A stretch of DNA of 64,000 bases, from positions 32,001-96,000 of the forward strand of contig CALSSJ010000002.1 in the NCBI GenBank assembly GCA_943788985.1. The letters run 5' to 3'. Numbering within the stretch: the stretch's first letter is position 1; each line of letters starts with the position of its first letter. Under the pieces are notes generated by a model. It was given only the letters and a program-made list of their open reading frames with translations, did not search any database and was not told where the DNA came from. Shown piece by piece: positions 38,050 through 48,972 of this stretch. This DNA is from an uncultured Lentisphaerales bacterium. GTDB taxonomy: Bacteria > Verrucomicrobiota > Lentisphaeria > JABSQK01 > UBA12247. A program made the position numbers and the translations under genes.

Positions 38050-39441
38050 TTAGATATGAATGGCTTTTCCCTGCCAAGCCAGCATAGCTGCTTCCTTAAG
38101 TGGCTCGCTGAAGGTGGGATGAGCGTGGCAGATTCGGGCGATATCCTCGGCAGCGGCCTGGTACTCCATGGCCACGACGGCTTCCGCGATTATCTCTGCA
38201 GTCCGGGGGCCAATCATGTGAATGCCGATCACCTGGTCGGTCGGCTCGTGGGTGATGACCTTTACGAAGCCTTCCAACTCGCCTGCTGCTCGCGCTCGGC
38301 CGCTGGCGGAAAATGGAAACTTGCCGACCGCGTAAGGCACACCGGCTTCCTTCAGTTCCTGTTCGGTCTTGCCCACTGAGGCGGCTTCTGGCCAGGTGTA
38401 GACGACTGAAGGAATGGTGTGATAATTCATGGCGGGGCGCTGACCAGAGATAAACTCGGCGGCGACTGTGCCTTCTTCTTCGGCCTTGTGCGCCAGCATC
38501 GGGCCAGCGACGGTATCACCAATGGCGAAGATGTGGGGGACGTTGGTGCGCATGTGCCTGTCGACCGGAATGAAGCCTTTGTCGTCGATCTGGACGCCCG
38601 CGGCCTCAAGATTGAGGCCAGTGGTATAGGGCCGGCGCCCGATGGAGACGAGCACGTAGTCGGCGTCGAAGGAAAGGGCTTCGCCCTTCTTCTCTGCGCT
38701 GACGACGACGCCGCCAGCGGTTTGCTCGATGGCGGTGACCGCCGTGCGCAGGTGAAAGGTCATCCCCTGCTTCTTGAGAATACGCTGAAGCCCGCTGGAA
38801 AGATCTTTGTCCATGCCAGACATGATCGTGGGCATGAATTCGACCACGGTCACTTCACTGCCGAGGCGCGCGTAGACGGAGCCCAGCTCCAGACCAATGA
38901 CGCCGCCGCCCACGACAACCATTTTCTTCGGGACTTCCTTAAGCGAGAGGGCTTCGGTTGAGGAGAGGATCCGGCCGCCAAAAGGCGCGAAGGGCAGGGT
39001 ATTGGCTTCTGATCCTGTCGCGAGGACGGTGTGAGCCGCGGTGATGGTCTGCGGTTTTTCTCCAGCGATCGAAATCTTCTCGCCATCGACAAAGGATGCT
39101 GTGCCGGTGAAACGGGTGATCTTGTTCTTTCTTATCAGACCGTCAAGCCCGCGCACGGTGTCCCGTACGACATTCTCCTTGCGCTTCATCATGCGTCCTA
39201 AGTCTAGGGAGACGTCAGTTGCAGTGATGCCGTGCTCGGCAAACTTGGTCTGCGCTTGGTGGTAGAGCTCGCTGGAGTCTAACAGCGCTTTGGACGGGAT
39301 GCAGCCTACGTTCAGGCAGGTGCCACCCAAAGTAGGGCGTTTCTCGATTAGAGCGGTGCGTTTACCAAGCTGTGAAGCACGAATTGCAGCGACATATCCC
39401 CCAGGACCGCCGCCGATTACAACTACGTCAAATGGATCCAT
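38050..39441 (-). CDS. lpdA: Dihydrolipoyl dehydrogenase (E3)
   Basis: GGGPGGY, GGTCLNVGCIPSK, HAHPTFSE. Confidence 0.97.
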   Translation of the reverse strand: MDPFDVVVIGGGPGGYVAAIRASQLGKRTALIEKRPTLGGTCLNVGCIPSKALLDSSELYHQAQTKFAEHGITATDVSLDLGRMMKRKENVVRDTVRGLDGLIRKNKITRFTGTASFVDGEKISIAGEKPQTITAAHTVLATGSEANTLPFAPFGGRILSSTEALSLKEVPKKMVVVGGGVIGLELGSVYARLGSEVTVVEFMPTIMSGMDKDLSSGLQRILKKQGMTFHLRTAVTAIEQTAGGVVVSAEKKGEALSFDADYVLVSIGRRPYTTGLNLEAAGVQIDDKGFIPVDRHMRTNVPHIFAIGDTVAGPMLAHKAEEEGTVAAEFISGQRPAMNYHTIPSVVYTWPEAASVGKTEQELKEAGVPYAVGKFPFSASGRARAAGELEGFVKVITHEPTDQVIGIHMIGPRTAEIIAEAVVAMEYQAAAEDIARICHAHPTFSEPLKEAAMLAWQGKAIHI

Positions 39442-39481
39442 CGTGGATTCCCTCGCTGTTACTTAAACGGGTGCGGTGAGT

Positions 39482-40909
39482 TTAGAGCTCAAGCAAAATG
39501 CGGGTAGGATCTTCGCAGAGTTCTTTGATCTTTACTAGGAAGCGTACCGCTCCCGAGCCATCAATGATGCGGTGGTCGTAGGACAGCGCCACATACATGA
39601 TCGGGCGAATGACGACCTCGCCATCGACCGCGACCGGGCGTTGAACGATGTTGTGCATCCCAAGAATTGCGCTTTGGGGCGGATTAATGATGGGCGTGGA
39701 GAGCATCGAGCCGAACGTGCCGCCGTTGGTGATCGTGAAGGTACCGCCGGACAAGTCGTCGAGGCTGAGTTTGCCATCACGGCCCTTCAGGGCCAGGTCC
39801 ATCACGGTCTGCTCGACCTGGTGGAAAGGCATGGCCTCGGCGGAGCGAATTACGGGAACAACCAGGCCTTTTGGCGTGGAAACTGCGATGCCAACATCGC
39901 AGTAGTCATGGTAGACAATCTCGTTGCCGTCGACGCTGGCGTTTACATCAGGGAACTCGGCGAGTGCCTGGGTCACGGCCTTGATGAAGAAGGACATAAA
40001 ACCGAGGCCGATCTCATGCTTCTTCTTGAAGGATTCCTTGTAGGAGCTGCGAATGCCCATGATGGCGGACATATCGATCTCATTGAAGGTGGTGAGCGAG
40101 GCAGTGGTTTGCTGCGATTCGACGAGCCGTGAGGCGATGGTCTTCCGCAGGCGTGACATCGGCTGGCGCCGGGAGCCACGCGTTTCAGCCTGGGCGGATT
40201 CTGCCGCAGGCGCGGCTGCCACGTTAACTGGCGGGGGCGCAAACTTTGCTGCTGGCAGAACAGGAGGAATAGACGGCACTACCAAGGACGGCGGATCAAG
40301 GGGCAGGGTCTCATCCATGGCCTCGATCGGGGTGTTTCCTTCAAGCGGATGTTCATTCAGGGTATGGTGCTGTTGCAGGGCCTGCTCGTGTACCCGTTCT
40401 AAATGGTGGAGAACGTCGGCCTTGGTGATATGGCCGTGAGGACCGCTGCCGTCGATGTCGAGGGCGGAGAGGCGATTCTCGAACATCATCTTGCGCGCAG
40501 CAGGTGACGGCATCGTTGGATCCATGACGGCGCTGGTCTTGCCGGGATCTGCTTCTTCAGCAACAGCCTGTCCGGGAGGCGGTGGCGCTGGCTCTTGGGG
40601 TGCGGGCGCAGGCGATGCGGGCGCCGCAGCACCAGGCTTGGTTGGCTTGGCTTTTTTCGCAGCTGGAGCTTCCGCAGCAGTGTCGATGCGTCCGATGACG
40701 GTGCCGACATCGACGGTTTCACCAGTGTCGTGCAGGATCTCAAGGAACCCCGATGCTTCGGCGACCACTTCGAGGGATGACTTATCCGTCTCGAACTCGA
40801 CGAGCGGTTCATCTTTTAGGACGTGGTCGCCGCTGGCGTTGTACCAACGCGCGATGTCTGCCTCATTGACGGATTCTCCGCCCGAGGGCACTTTGATTTC
40901 AATTTTCAT
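39482..40909 (-). CDS. sucB: 2-oxoglutarate dehydrogenase E2
   Basis: Lipoyl ETDK, E3-binding SPAARK...GHITKADV, catalytic [11 protein letters not shown]. Confidence 0.96.
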   Translation of the reverse strand: MKIEIKVPSGGESVNEADIARWYNASGDHVLKDEPLVEFETDKSSLEVVAEASGFLEILHDTGETVDVGTVIGRIDTAAEAPAAKKAKPTKPGAAAPASPAPAPQEPAPPPPGQAVAEEADPGKTSAVMDPTMPSPAARKMMFENRLSALDIDGSGPHGHITKADVLHHLERVHEQALQQHHTLNEHPLEGNTPIEAMDETLPLDPPSLVVPSIPPVLPAAKFAPPPVNVAAAPAAESAQAETRGSRRQPMSRLRKTIASRLVESQQTTASLTTFNEIDMSAIMGIRSSYKESFKKKHEIGLGFMSFFIKAVTQALAEFPDVNASVDGNEIVYHDYCDVGIAVSTPKGLVVPVIRSAEAMPFHQVEQTVMDLALKGRDGKLSLDDLSGGTFTITNGGTFGSMLSTPIINPPQSAILGMHNIVQRPVAVDGEVVIRPIMYVALSYDHRIIDGSGAVRFLVKIKELCEDPTRILLEL

Positions 40910-43677
40910 TGCTCTCTCTCTTCGATTACGGACGAGGCCTCGTCCGTGAAAAATGCGCTATGTAATAGCTTTTGCTGGTGCTCTTGAAACAGTTTTTTGT
41001 AGCCGATCGCGGGGCTCGCGGCTGCAGGTCGGCTGATCACGCGCAGATTAAAGCTGGCAAGGCGATTGCGGATGAAGGACCAAGCCCCCAAATTCTCGGC
41101 TTCTTCCTGGAACCAGATGCGATCGGTGACGGCCGCGTACTTCTCAAGAAGGGCTGCGTCCTGCTGCTCTGGAATAGGATAGAGCTGTTCGAGGCGAATC
41201 AGCGCAACGTCGGTAATGCCGAGCTCCTCTCGCATGCTGTACAGCTCATAGTAGACTTTTCCGGTGCAGAACACGACGCGACGTGCGGACTCCGCAGAAA
41301 CCTGATCGTCGTCTATGGTTTCTCGAAACCGCCCCTTTTTGAGCTCGCTTAAAGGCGAGCGGACGAGCTTGTGCCGCAGCAATCCCTTCGGGGTCATCAC
41401 GATCAGCGGCTTGCGATAGCGAACGTGCTGCTGCCGGCGCAGCATGTGGAAGAAATTCGCAGGCGTCGTGGGTTGGGTGACAACGATATTATCCTCGGCA
41501 CAGAGCTGCAGGAAACGCTCGAGCCGCGCGCTGGAATGCTCTGGCCCTTGGCCTTCGTTACCGTGTGGCAAGAGCATGACTAGGCCGCTCATGCGCTGCC
41601 ACTTGGTCTCGGAGGAGGCGATAAACTGGTCAATGATGATCTGGGCGCCATTAGCGAAGTCACCGAACTGGGCTTCCCAGATCACGAGGGCGGTGGGCCG
41701 GGCGGTGGCGTAGCCGTACTCGTAACCCAACACGCCATACTCGGAGAGATGGGAGTTGAACGCTTGAAAGCGCTCCTGGCGCTTCTGGATGTGGTTAAGC
41801 GGTGTGTACTCGCTTTCATCCATGGCGTCTGTCAGGATGGCATGGCGGTGGGAGAAGGTGCCACGCTTGGAATCCTGACCACTTACACGGACCGGATGCT
41901 CTTCCAGTAACAATGAGCCCCAGGCGAGCTGTTCAGCCAGCCCCCAGTCCACGGTCTGATTCTCGAAATACAAGGAGCGACGGTTCTTGAACACACGCTC
42001 CAGCCGCGGGTAGATGTGAAACTCCTCCGGGATGGTCACGAGCGCGTCTGCGATGCGGTTCAGCCGCCGTATGGGAACGCCGGTGTCAGGGCTTTTCTCG
42101 AAGTCCTGGCTGTGCGCACGGCGGAAGTCCTTCCACTGGCGGGCAAACTGCCGCGCAGGAAGCGCCTGGCGGTTGCGCCGCGCCTGCTCGAGTTCGTCCT
42201 CAAGCATGTTCTGGAAGCGGTCGTAGATTCGCTTTGCCTCGGTTTCGGTAACGACGCCTTCGGAAAGCAGCTGGTCGGTGTAGATCTTGAGTACAGTGGG
42301 ATGCTTGTTGATGGCCTCGTACAGCAAAGGCTGGGTGAACCCCGGCTCATCTCCCTCGTTGTGGCCATAGCGGCGATAGCCGAGCAGGTCGATGTAGACG
42401 TCGATCTTGAAGCGCTGACGGAGCTCGATGGCCATACGCACGCAATGCACTACTGCCTCGGGGTCGTCAGCATTGACGTGAAACACGGGCGATTCAGTCA
42501 CCTTGGCAATGTCGGTGCAATATAGGCTGGAACGAGTCTCACGATAGTTGGCAGTGAAACCGACCTGATTGTTCAGCACGATGTGTATGGTGCCGCCCGT
42601 GTTGTAGCCTTTCAAGTTGTGGAAGTTCGCAATCTCGTAGACGACCCCCTGTCCGGATATCGCTGCGTCCCCGTGTACCAGCACTGGGACAATGCGTTGG
42701 GTGTCTTCACCATACAATGAGTCAAGCTTGGCTCTGACGCTGCCCAACGCCACTGGGTCCACGGCTTCAAGATGGGATGGGTTGAACATCAGGGCTAGGT
42801 GAATGTTGTTTCCGCACTCGGTGGTCACGTCTGCGGAATACCCGAGATGGTATTTTACGTCGCCTTCTCCTCCGGCTCCAGCCGACTCGGGTAGCGCGCT
42901 GCCTTCGAACTCGGCGAACACGTTCTCATAGCTTTTGCCAAAGAGGTTGGCCAAGACGTTCAGGCGGCCACGGTGAGCCATGCCGATGACAAACTCTTCC
43001 ACGCCCCATTCGGCGCCGTGTTCAAATAACGCAAAAAGCGCCGGCACAAAGGACTCGCAGCCCTCCAACGAAAAGCGCTTTTGCCCTGTATACTTCTTAT
43101 GGAGGAAGTTCTCGAAGCCGACGGATTCGCTGAGCTTGCTCAGGATCTCTCGTTTCTTCTCCGGAGAATAGCCGGGGCGATTGGCCTTGGACTCCATGCG
43201 CTCATGCAGCCACATTCGGATACCTGAGTCGGGAATATAGCGAAACTCCGTGCCGATCGTGGAGCAGTAGGTCTCCTGCAGATGGCCGATGATGTCCCGC
43301 AACGTAGCCGGTCCGATGCGGATCTGCTTGCCGACGTCGAATACGCGGTCCAAGTCCGCCTCTTCCAGGCGGTGATGCGCCAAGCTGAGGTCTGAACGGA
43401 AAAATCTGCGCGGCCGGACTGGATTGGTGTTCGCAACCAGATGACCACGGTCACGATAGGCGTTCACCAATTTCATGACCGCGGCCTCCCTTTCTCGCGC
43501 GTTGAGGCCCGCAGGCGAGACATGATCATCGCCTGCGCTGCCGTTAAGCCCGTGCTGATAGCCCTGAAAGAACATGCGCCACGAGGGATCGACGCTGGCT
43601 GGATCCGCAGCGTACCGCGCATAAAGGTCGTCGATAAAGGCCCCGTTGACATTGACCGAGTTTGTGAGTTGGTGCAT
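40906..43677 (-). CDS. sucA: 2-oxoglutarate dehydrogenase E1
   Basis: [47 protein letters not shown]. Confidence 0.98.
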   Translation of the reverse strand: MHQLTNSVNVNGAFIDDLYARYAADPASVDPSWRMFFQGYQHGLNGSAGDDHVSPAGLNAREREAAVMKLVNAYRDRGHLVANTNPVRPRRFFRSDLSLAHHRLEEADLDRVFDVGKQIRIGPATLRDIIGHLQETYCSTIGTEFRYIPDSGIRMWLHERMESKANRPGYSPEKKREILSKLSESVGFENFLHKKYTGQKRFSLEGCESFVPALFALFEHGAEWGVEEFVIGMAHRGRLNVLANLFGKSYENVFAEFEGSALPESAGAGGEGDVKYHLGYSADVTTECGNNIHLALMFNPSHLEAVDPVALGSVRAKLDSLYGEDTQRIVPVLVHGDAAISGQGVVYEIANFHNLKGYNTGGTIHIVLNNQVGFTANYRETRSSLYCTDIAKVTESPVFHVNADDPEAVVHCVRMAIELRQRFKIDVYIDLLGYRRYGHNEGDEPGFTQPLLYEAINKHPTVLKIYTDQLLSEGVVTETEAKRIYDRFQNMLEDELEQARRNRQALPARQFARQWKDFRRAHSQDFEKSPDTGVPIRRLNRIADALVTIPEEFHIYPRLERVFKNRRSLYFENQTVDWGLAEQLAWGSLLLEEHPVRVSGQDSKRGTFSHRHAILTDAMDESEYTPLNHIQKRQERFQAFNSHLSEYGVLGYEYGYATARPTALVIWEAQFGDFANGAQIIIDQFIASSETKWQRMSGLVMLLPHGNEGQGPEHSSARLERFLQLCAEDNIVVTQPTTPANFFHMLRRQQHVRYRKPLIVMTPKGLLRHKLVRSPLSELKKGRFRETIDDDQVSAESARRVVFCTGKVYYELYSMREELGITDVALIRLEQLYPIPEQQDAALLEKYAAVTDRIWFQEEAENLGAWSFIRNRLASFNLRVISRPAAASPAIGYKKLFQEHQQKLLHSAFFTDEASSVIEEREQ

Positions 43678-43769
43678 ACTATCAAAGCCAGAAGAGATGG
43701 CAGTTATCTAAATCGAAGCCGTACTATATTACCCCACACGCACACCTGCCACAGCAGGCAAAGGCAATT

Positions 43770-44243
43770 ATGCGTTGTCCCTCATGCGGGCATGATGAAG
43801 ATCGAGTCGTAGACAGCCGTGCCGTAAACGAAAGCCGGGTGGTCCGCAGGCGTCGCGAATGCGCGTCTTGCCAGCACCGGTTCACCACCGTAGAAGAGAT
43901 TTCCAATGACGAACTTGTGGTCTTGAAGCGCGACGGACAGCGCGAGCCATTTTTGCGACAGAAGCTCCTTGATGGCGTTGGTCGGGCCTGCTGGAAGCGC
44001 CCGATAGGCAGTGACCAGCTCGATAAACTCACTGCTAGGATCGCCGGCAAGATCGAAGACGGCGGCAATCGCGAGATAGAGAGCGAGGAGATTGGGCGAT
44101 TGGTGCTCGAGCAGTTGCTGGCGCTGGATCACGTCGCGTATGTCCGGTTTGCCAGTGTCTATCGAAAGTTTGATGACATTGATGAATTCGTCAACGAATT
44201 GATGTTCCTGCGCGGACAGAGCGGAGCGGAAGCAAAGGCATGA
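43770..44243 (+). CDS. nrdR: Transcriptional repressor NrdR
   Basis: MRCPSC, VVDSR, RRRRECASC..RFTT, VAYVRFASVYRKF. Confidence 0.97.
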   Translation: MRCPSCGHDEDRVVDSRAVNESRVVRRRRECASCQHRFTTVEEISNDELVVLKRDGQREPFLRQKLLDGVGRACWKRPIGSDQLDKLTARIAGKIEDGGNREIESEEIGRLVLEQLLALDHVAYVRFASVYRKFDDIDEFVNELMFLRGQSGAEAKA

Positions 44244-45181
44244 TAAAACTCAGCGCCGGGGCAGTTTTGCTCACCACACCCGCGGGAACACAGGAGCCGT
44301 TGAACCTAGATGGCCTATCGGACAAACTCTGGCAGTGCTGCAAGCAGGCCAAGCTGGATGATCCAGAACTCGCGGACAACCTGATCAGCACAGTTCGTCA
44401 ATTTTTGGAATTGCGGGTCTCGGAAGGTGCGCACCTGACCCAGCGCGATGTGGACGACCTCATCGTGCGCGCGCTCACCGATTTAGGTGTGCGGGCGGTT
44501 GCCGTCGAGTACGCCAGCGGTATGGACCTGCCAACACCGGGCGTGGGCCAAGAAATTGTCCCGACTGCAGAAGCTGTCGCGGAACTGTTACGCGATGATC
44601 TGTTCTTTCTTCACCGTCCGATCGATGCGATCAGCGAGGCCACATTGACGCGGATCTCATCGATCGGGTTCGAGCGAGTCACCCCGGCATTTGTGCTGGA
44701 GTTGGCAAAATGTGTCTGTCTGCATGAAGAGCGGCAGAAGCGCCAGGAGCCCGCCCGATATTGGTTACTGCACCGCAGTGAAATGCCGCCTTTGATCCCG
44801 TCCGAGCACTTGCCGTTGATCAGTGGTGGAATCTCGTTGCGCTCTGTTAGCCTGATTTTTCCCAATGTCGTGATCGATGTGGATATCCCGCGGTTCGCGC
44901 ACGGAGATGAGGTGCTGGGTACGGAACTCGCGTTTCTTCCCGCCTTTCACGAGCTGTGTATGGCCCTGTCTGAAGTCGCCGTCTCCGTGTACAGAGCCGT
45001 TAAAAAACGAAGCGGTGATTTGCAACTGTGCACGGTAGGTGCCAGTATTCACTTCGTTAATACACGTGCCCACGCAACAGAGGGCCTTGCGCTCTCGCCC
45101 CGTGATCTCGTGCTATTCCTCAACGAATTGGAGGCGATAGCCTCTCGCTGCCTACCTAATGTCCACTGCCTCTTCGAGTAA
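44240..45181 (+). CDS. Hypothetical protein with possible degenerate N-terminal ATP-cone
   Basis: ATGA overlap with nrdR; pattern G..EPL....L...L......D..LA......V...DLIVRAL...G...VA..Y. Confidence 0.6.
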   Translation: MIKLSAGAVLLTTPAGTQEPLNLDGLSDKLWQCCKQAKLDDPELADNLISTVRQFLELRVSEGAHLTQRDVDDLIVRALTDLGVRAVAVEYASGMDLPTPGVGQEIVPTAEAVAELLRDDLFFLHRPIDAISEATLTRISSIGFERVTPAFVLELAKCVCLHEERQKRQEPARYWLLHRSEMPPLIPSEHLPLISGGISLRSVSLIFPNVVIDVDIPRFAHGDEVLGTELAFLPAFHELCMALSEVAVSVYRAVKKRSGDLQLCTVGASIHFVNTRAHATEGLALSPRDLVLFLNELEAIASRCLPNVHCLFE

Positions 45182-46856
45182 ATCTTCCACCAGTGCGCCA
45201 GTAAGCCCCCCCGGGACACGTAATTACGTGCTCAAGGTGACAGGTGGCCCCGCCGCAGGGAAGGAATTCGTCCTGAACTCGCCCGAGGTTACGCTCGGCC
45301 GAGCCGTTAGTGCAGACGTGCAGCTGCCCGACATGGTGATCTCCCGTCACCATACCTCCATCTACTTCGAAGGGCGCCGCTGGGTCGTAAAGGACCTAGA
45401 AAGCACCAATGGCACGTGGATTGGTAACCGCCGTGTGCGCGGCCCGACACCGCTCGAACTAGGAAAAACCGTGCGCCTCGGTAATTCGCTCTTTCAAGTA
45501 CATCAGATTGACGAACCGCTCGACGAGCCGATAATTTCTGCCCGTGTCGAATCAGTTTCGGTCAAGCGCGTCGGCGAAGAACGCGACGCAGCCTCCGCGC
45601 AGATTGCTCGTGACCAGAAGAAGCTGCAGGCAATGTATAGCGTCCAGAGATTGGTTTCCGCTGCAGGGGACTTGCAGGAAGTCTACGACTGTTGCCTTGA
45701 GATCGTCACTGGCGCCATTCCGTCCCAGCGCGCGCATCTGTTGCTGGCTGCTGAGGATGGAAATAACCTCGTCCCCGTGGCCCAGCGTGATGAGCGGGGG
45801 CCGGTCAAAGAATTGAGCATGGAAAATGTCAGTCGCTCCATTATTCGCTGGGTGCGCAGTCAGGATGAAGGCGTCCTGTCTATCGATGCGACCAAGGACG
45901 TCAGGTTCTCCTCGCAGTCCATCAGTGATTCGCAGTTACAGCGTGTGCTTTGCGTCCCTATTCATGGCTCTGAAGAACAGCTTGGCGTGATTCATCTGGC
46001 CGTAAAATCCATCAATCTCGATTATGCAGAAGATGACCTGAAGCTCCTCTCGGCGATCGCTTGCTCCGCTGGACTCGCGATTGAGAACCGACGGCTCATG
46101 GAATCCAATCTGGCGGCTGAGCGCATGGCCGCGGTCGGTTTGATGGCAGCCAGTCTGGCGCATGACGTAAAGAACATTTTGGGCGGGCTAGAAGGCTGTA
46201 TCTCACTGCTTCGGATGGGGCTGGATTCGAAGGACGGCGACTTGACTGAGAACGCCTGGGATATGATGAATCGAAATCAAAAGCGTCTCAACAGTCTCAT
46301 GCATGACTTGCTGAATCTAGCGAGTGAAGATAAGCATGAGTCCCTGGCCGTAAGTGTCGAGGAGTTGGTGCGCGAGGCGGTCGATGTGATCCGACCGCAG
46401 GCTGATGCTAACGACATCAAAATTATGGTTCGCAAGCCTGCAGAGTTCGACGGCATTGCCTGGATGGACAGCCGTGGCATGCATCGTGTCTTGCTCAATC
46501 TTCTGACAAACGCGATCGCGGCCATAAATGACCAGCACGTCGGCACCGGCAAGGGGCGCGTCCGCATTACGTGGGGCCTAAAAGAAGGGGCTGAGGATTT
46601 TTTCCTGCGCGTCCGAGACAACGGCAAGGGTATTGCGGTTGTCGATCAGAGTAAGGTGTTCAATCTGTTTCACACTTCGAAGGGAAACCGCGGCACAGGT
46701 TTGGGATTGTCGGTCTGTAAGCAGATTGTAGAACGCCACCAGGGGACAATCGAGGTGGAATCTATTCCGGGAAAAGGCAGTGAGTTTATTGTCACTTTGC
46801 CCCAGAATAGCGACAGCACCGATACAGAAACCCGGACTTTTCTCATCGTCGACTGA
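45159..46856 (+). CDS. FHA-GAF-histidine kinase
   Basis: FHA (LGR, ISRHH, DLESTNGT), GAF (DATKDVRF, LCVPI), H-box LAHDVKN, N box NLLTNA, DNGKG, GTGLGL. Confidence 0.92.
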   Translation: MSTASSSKSSTSAPVSPPGTRNYVLKVTGGPAAGKEFVLNSPEVTLGRAVSADVQLPDMVISRHHTSIYFEGRRWVVKDLESTNGTWIGNRRVRGPTPLELGKTVRLGNSLFQVHQIDEPLDEPIISARVESVSVKRVGEERDAASAQIARDQKKLQAMYSVQRLVSAAGDLQEVYDCCLEIVTGAIPSQRAHLLLAAEDGNNLVPVAQRDERGPVKELSMENVSRSIIRWVRSQDEGVLSIDATKDVRFSSQSISDSQLQRVLCVPIHGSEEQLGVIHLAVKSINLDYAEDDLKLLSAIACSAGLAIENRRLMESNLAAERMAAVGLMAASLAHDVKNILGGLEGCISLLRMGLDSKDGDLTENAWDMMNRNQKRLNSLMHDLLNLASEDKHESLAVSVEELVREAVDVIRPQADANDIKIMVRKPAEFDGIAWMDSRGMHRVLLNLLTNAIAAINDQHVGTGKGRVRITWGLKEGAEDFFLRVRDNGKGIAVVDQSKVFNLFHTSKGNRGTGLGLSVCKQIVERHQGTIEVESIPGKGSEFIVTLPQNSDSTDTETRTFLIVD

Positions 46857-46862
46857 TCTCCC

Positions 46863-47343
46863 GTGGACCTGTACCAGATTCCCGTCGAGACCGCCAGTGG
46901 CCAAGCCAGCAATCTCTCTGCCTATCGCCGGAGCGTGCTGCTCATCGTAAACACAGCCAATAAGTGCGGATTTACCCCGCAGTACGCGGATCTCTCCGAT
47001 CTGGCGGCACGCTGGCAGGACCATGATTTTGCGGTTCTCGCATTTCCTTCAAACGACTTTCATAAGCAAGAACTGGGCACCAACGCCGAGATCCAGTCGT
47101 ATTGCAGCGCAGCTTATGGCGTGAGCCTTCCGGTATTCGCGAAGGTGTCAGTAGAGCCGAGCCACCAGCAGGCACCACTTTTCCACTACCTGACCAGTGC
47201 TGCGAACGCCGGATTCCCGCGGCGAATTCTGTGGAACTTTGAGAAATTTCTCCTGGGTCGCGCTAGTGCAGCGTTTTCGCACGCCGCGCCGTCCCACACA
47301 TTATAAGATTGTGACGGCAGTGGAGCAGGCACTCAGCTGTTAG
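46863..47343 (+). pseudogene. Glutathione peroxidase family protein, frameshifted near the C-terminus
   Basis: VNTANKCGFTPQY, FPSNDF..QE, WNFEKFL; the expected tail LVQRF...IVTAVEQAL is in the +1 frame from 47263 to the TAG at 47343. Confidence 0.75.
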
Positions 47344-47367
47344 CCTGAAATCATCTAGGAAAGACTT

Positions 47368-48972
47368 TCACTCAGGGGTTAAAAGTGGCAGTAATACCAC
47401 AAACTTAGCGCCCTGATCCGCGCTCTCGGCGCGGACGCACCCGCCGTGTTGGGAGATGGCCTGATTGGCAATCGTCGTCCCCAGGCCTAAGCCGTCTCCG
47501 CTGGCTTGGAACGGATCAAAAAGCCGGTCCCTAATTTCATCTGCAATGCCCGATCCCGTATCTGTCAGCGTAATTTTCGCGTTTTTTCCGACGCGCTCAC
47601 AGTGCGCCACTATCCGGCGTTCTGAGCCCACAGGCTGCGTGCGTAACGCGTTTATGCTGTTCTCGATCAGTCTAGCAATACTAAATTCAAGCACCTCGTG
47701 ATCTCCCTCGATTTTAAGGTCATGCCCTTCTTGGATATGCATGTCGATCGAGAATTCCTCGAGCCGCTCGCGGCAGGACTCGAATGCTGCCTGGACTAGA
47801 TCATGGACGCGAATGGACCGCCGGTTTAATTCCTGCGTTCCACTCTTGTTAAACCGTGAAATATTCTTACTAAGTTGCTCCAGACGCAGAATGGAGCGAT
47901 CCAGCTTGTCGCAGAGCTCCGGGACTTTCTTCGTGCCTGCTGTGCGCACAGAATTCCCCACTTCCTTGAGCTGCTCCAGTTCCGAGCTCATGACTCCAGC
48001 GATGCGTTGCATCGCAGTGCCCAGAACGGCCAAACGCTTCTCACGAGAATGCTGTTGCAGGAGGAACATATTCTTGAGTACTTCTCGCGCCGTCTCGGAT
48101 AGAATATCCAGAAACGGTTCTAGCTGCTCAAAGTCGAACGAGATGCCTTTCCCTTCGAGGTAGATGAAGCCTTCAAAATCTTCGAACCGAATCGGGAAAT
48201 AGGCGGTCTGCGCCGTGTCATCCGTCCGTCTGCGCTCCGGCATACCTACTGCAGAAATCCGCTCAACCAGCGCGCCTTGCTGTGCGGGATGGGTGATTGC
48301 GCATACTTCAAGTTCACCATGCAGCGTCCTGGCCACAATCCCTAGATCTGCATCCAAAAAGGAGACAAACGCACCCAGAATCGCTCGCGCTGTCTCACCG
48401 AGGTTCCTCTGCACACCGCGTGTCAGTGCCGTGCTTTCATTCATCAGCCGGTTTGTGAGTAGCAACCGTTCGCGTTCACGCTGGGTGAGATTCCATTTCT
48501 CGGTCAGTGCGCGGGCAAGCTGGCGAATCTCCTCAGGCTGAAATGGCTTTTTGAGGTACAGCAGCTTCTCTGCGACCCCAATCTGCTGCACTAGCTCTTC
48601 CTGATTGTAGTCCGCGTAGGCCGTCATGATTACGATCTCGATGTCCTTATCCACGGCGCGAATGTTCTGCGCAGTTCGCAAACCATCCCAGCCCGGCATG
48701 CGCATGTCCAAAAACAAGACGGCAAATGGATTGCCAGCATCGGTGGACTCCTTGACCTGTTCAAAAGCCAGCTGGCCTTCGCCCACCGTTTCCACATCAT
48801 ACTGGATTCCAGGAGCTTCTGCGGCGGGTGCATGATTGCGCGCGAATCGCTTGCGAATCTGATCTAGCAGCGGTCTCGCTTCGCTACTTTTTTCTTTGCG
48901 CAGCAACCGAGCGACCTGCAGGCGCAGGTCTTCCTGATCATCGACAATTAATATTCGCCGGTTGGCCTTCAT
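47368..48972 (-). CDS. Receiver domain fused to a histidine-kinase-like module lacking the H-box His
   Basis: ILIVDD, FLDMRMPGWDG, MTAY, KKPF; HATPase ENSINA, DTGSGI, LFDPF, GLGLG; H-box region reads RIAGVMSSEL. Confidence 0.85.
   Translation of the reverse strand: MKANRRILIVDDQEDLRLQVARLLRKEKSSEARPLLDQIRKRFARNHAPAAEAPGIQYDVETVGEGQLAFEQVKESTDAGNPFAVLFLDMRMPGWDGLRTAQNIRAVDKDIEIVIMTAYADYNQEELVQQIGVAEKLLYLKKPFQPEEIRQLARALTEKWNLTQRERERLLLTNRLMNESTALTRGVQRNLGETARAILGAFVSFLDADLGIVARTLHGELEVCAITHPAQQGALVERISAVGMPERRRTDDTAQTAYFPIRFEDFEGFIYLEGKGISFDFEQLEPFLDILSETAREVLKNMFLLQQHSREKRLAVLGTAMQRIAGVMSSELEQLKEVGNSVRTAGTKKVPELCDKLDRSILRLEQLSKNISRFNKSGTQELNRRSIRVHDLVQAAFESCRERLEEFSIDMHIQEGHDLKIEGDHEVLEFSIARLIENSINALRTQPVGSERRIVAHCERVGKNAKITLTDTGSGIADEIRDRLFDPFQASGDGLGLGTTIANQAISQHGGCVRAESADQGAKFVVLLPLLTPE

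Noticed and set aside
46863..46990. Selenocysteine in the glutathione peroxidase
   Set aside because: The active-site codon is TGC (Cys), and there is no in-frame TGA.
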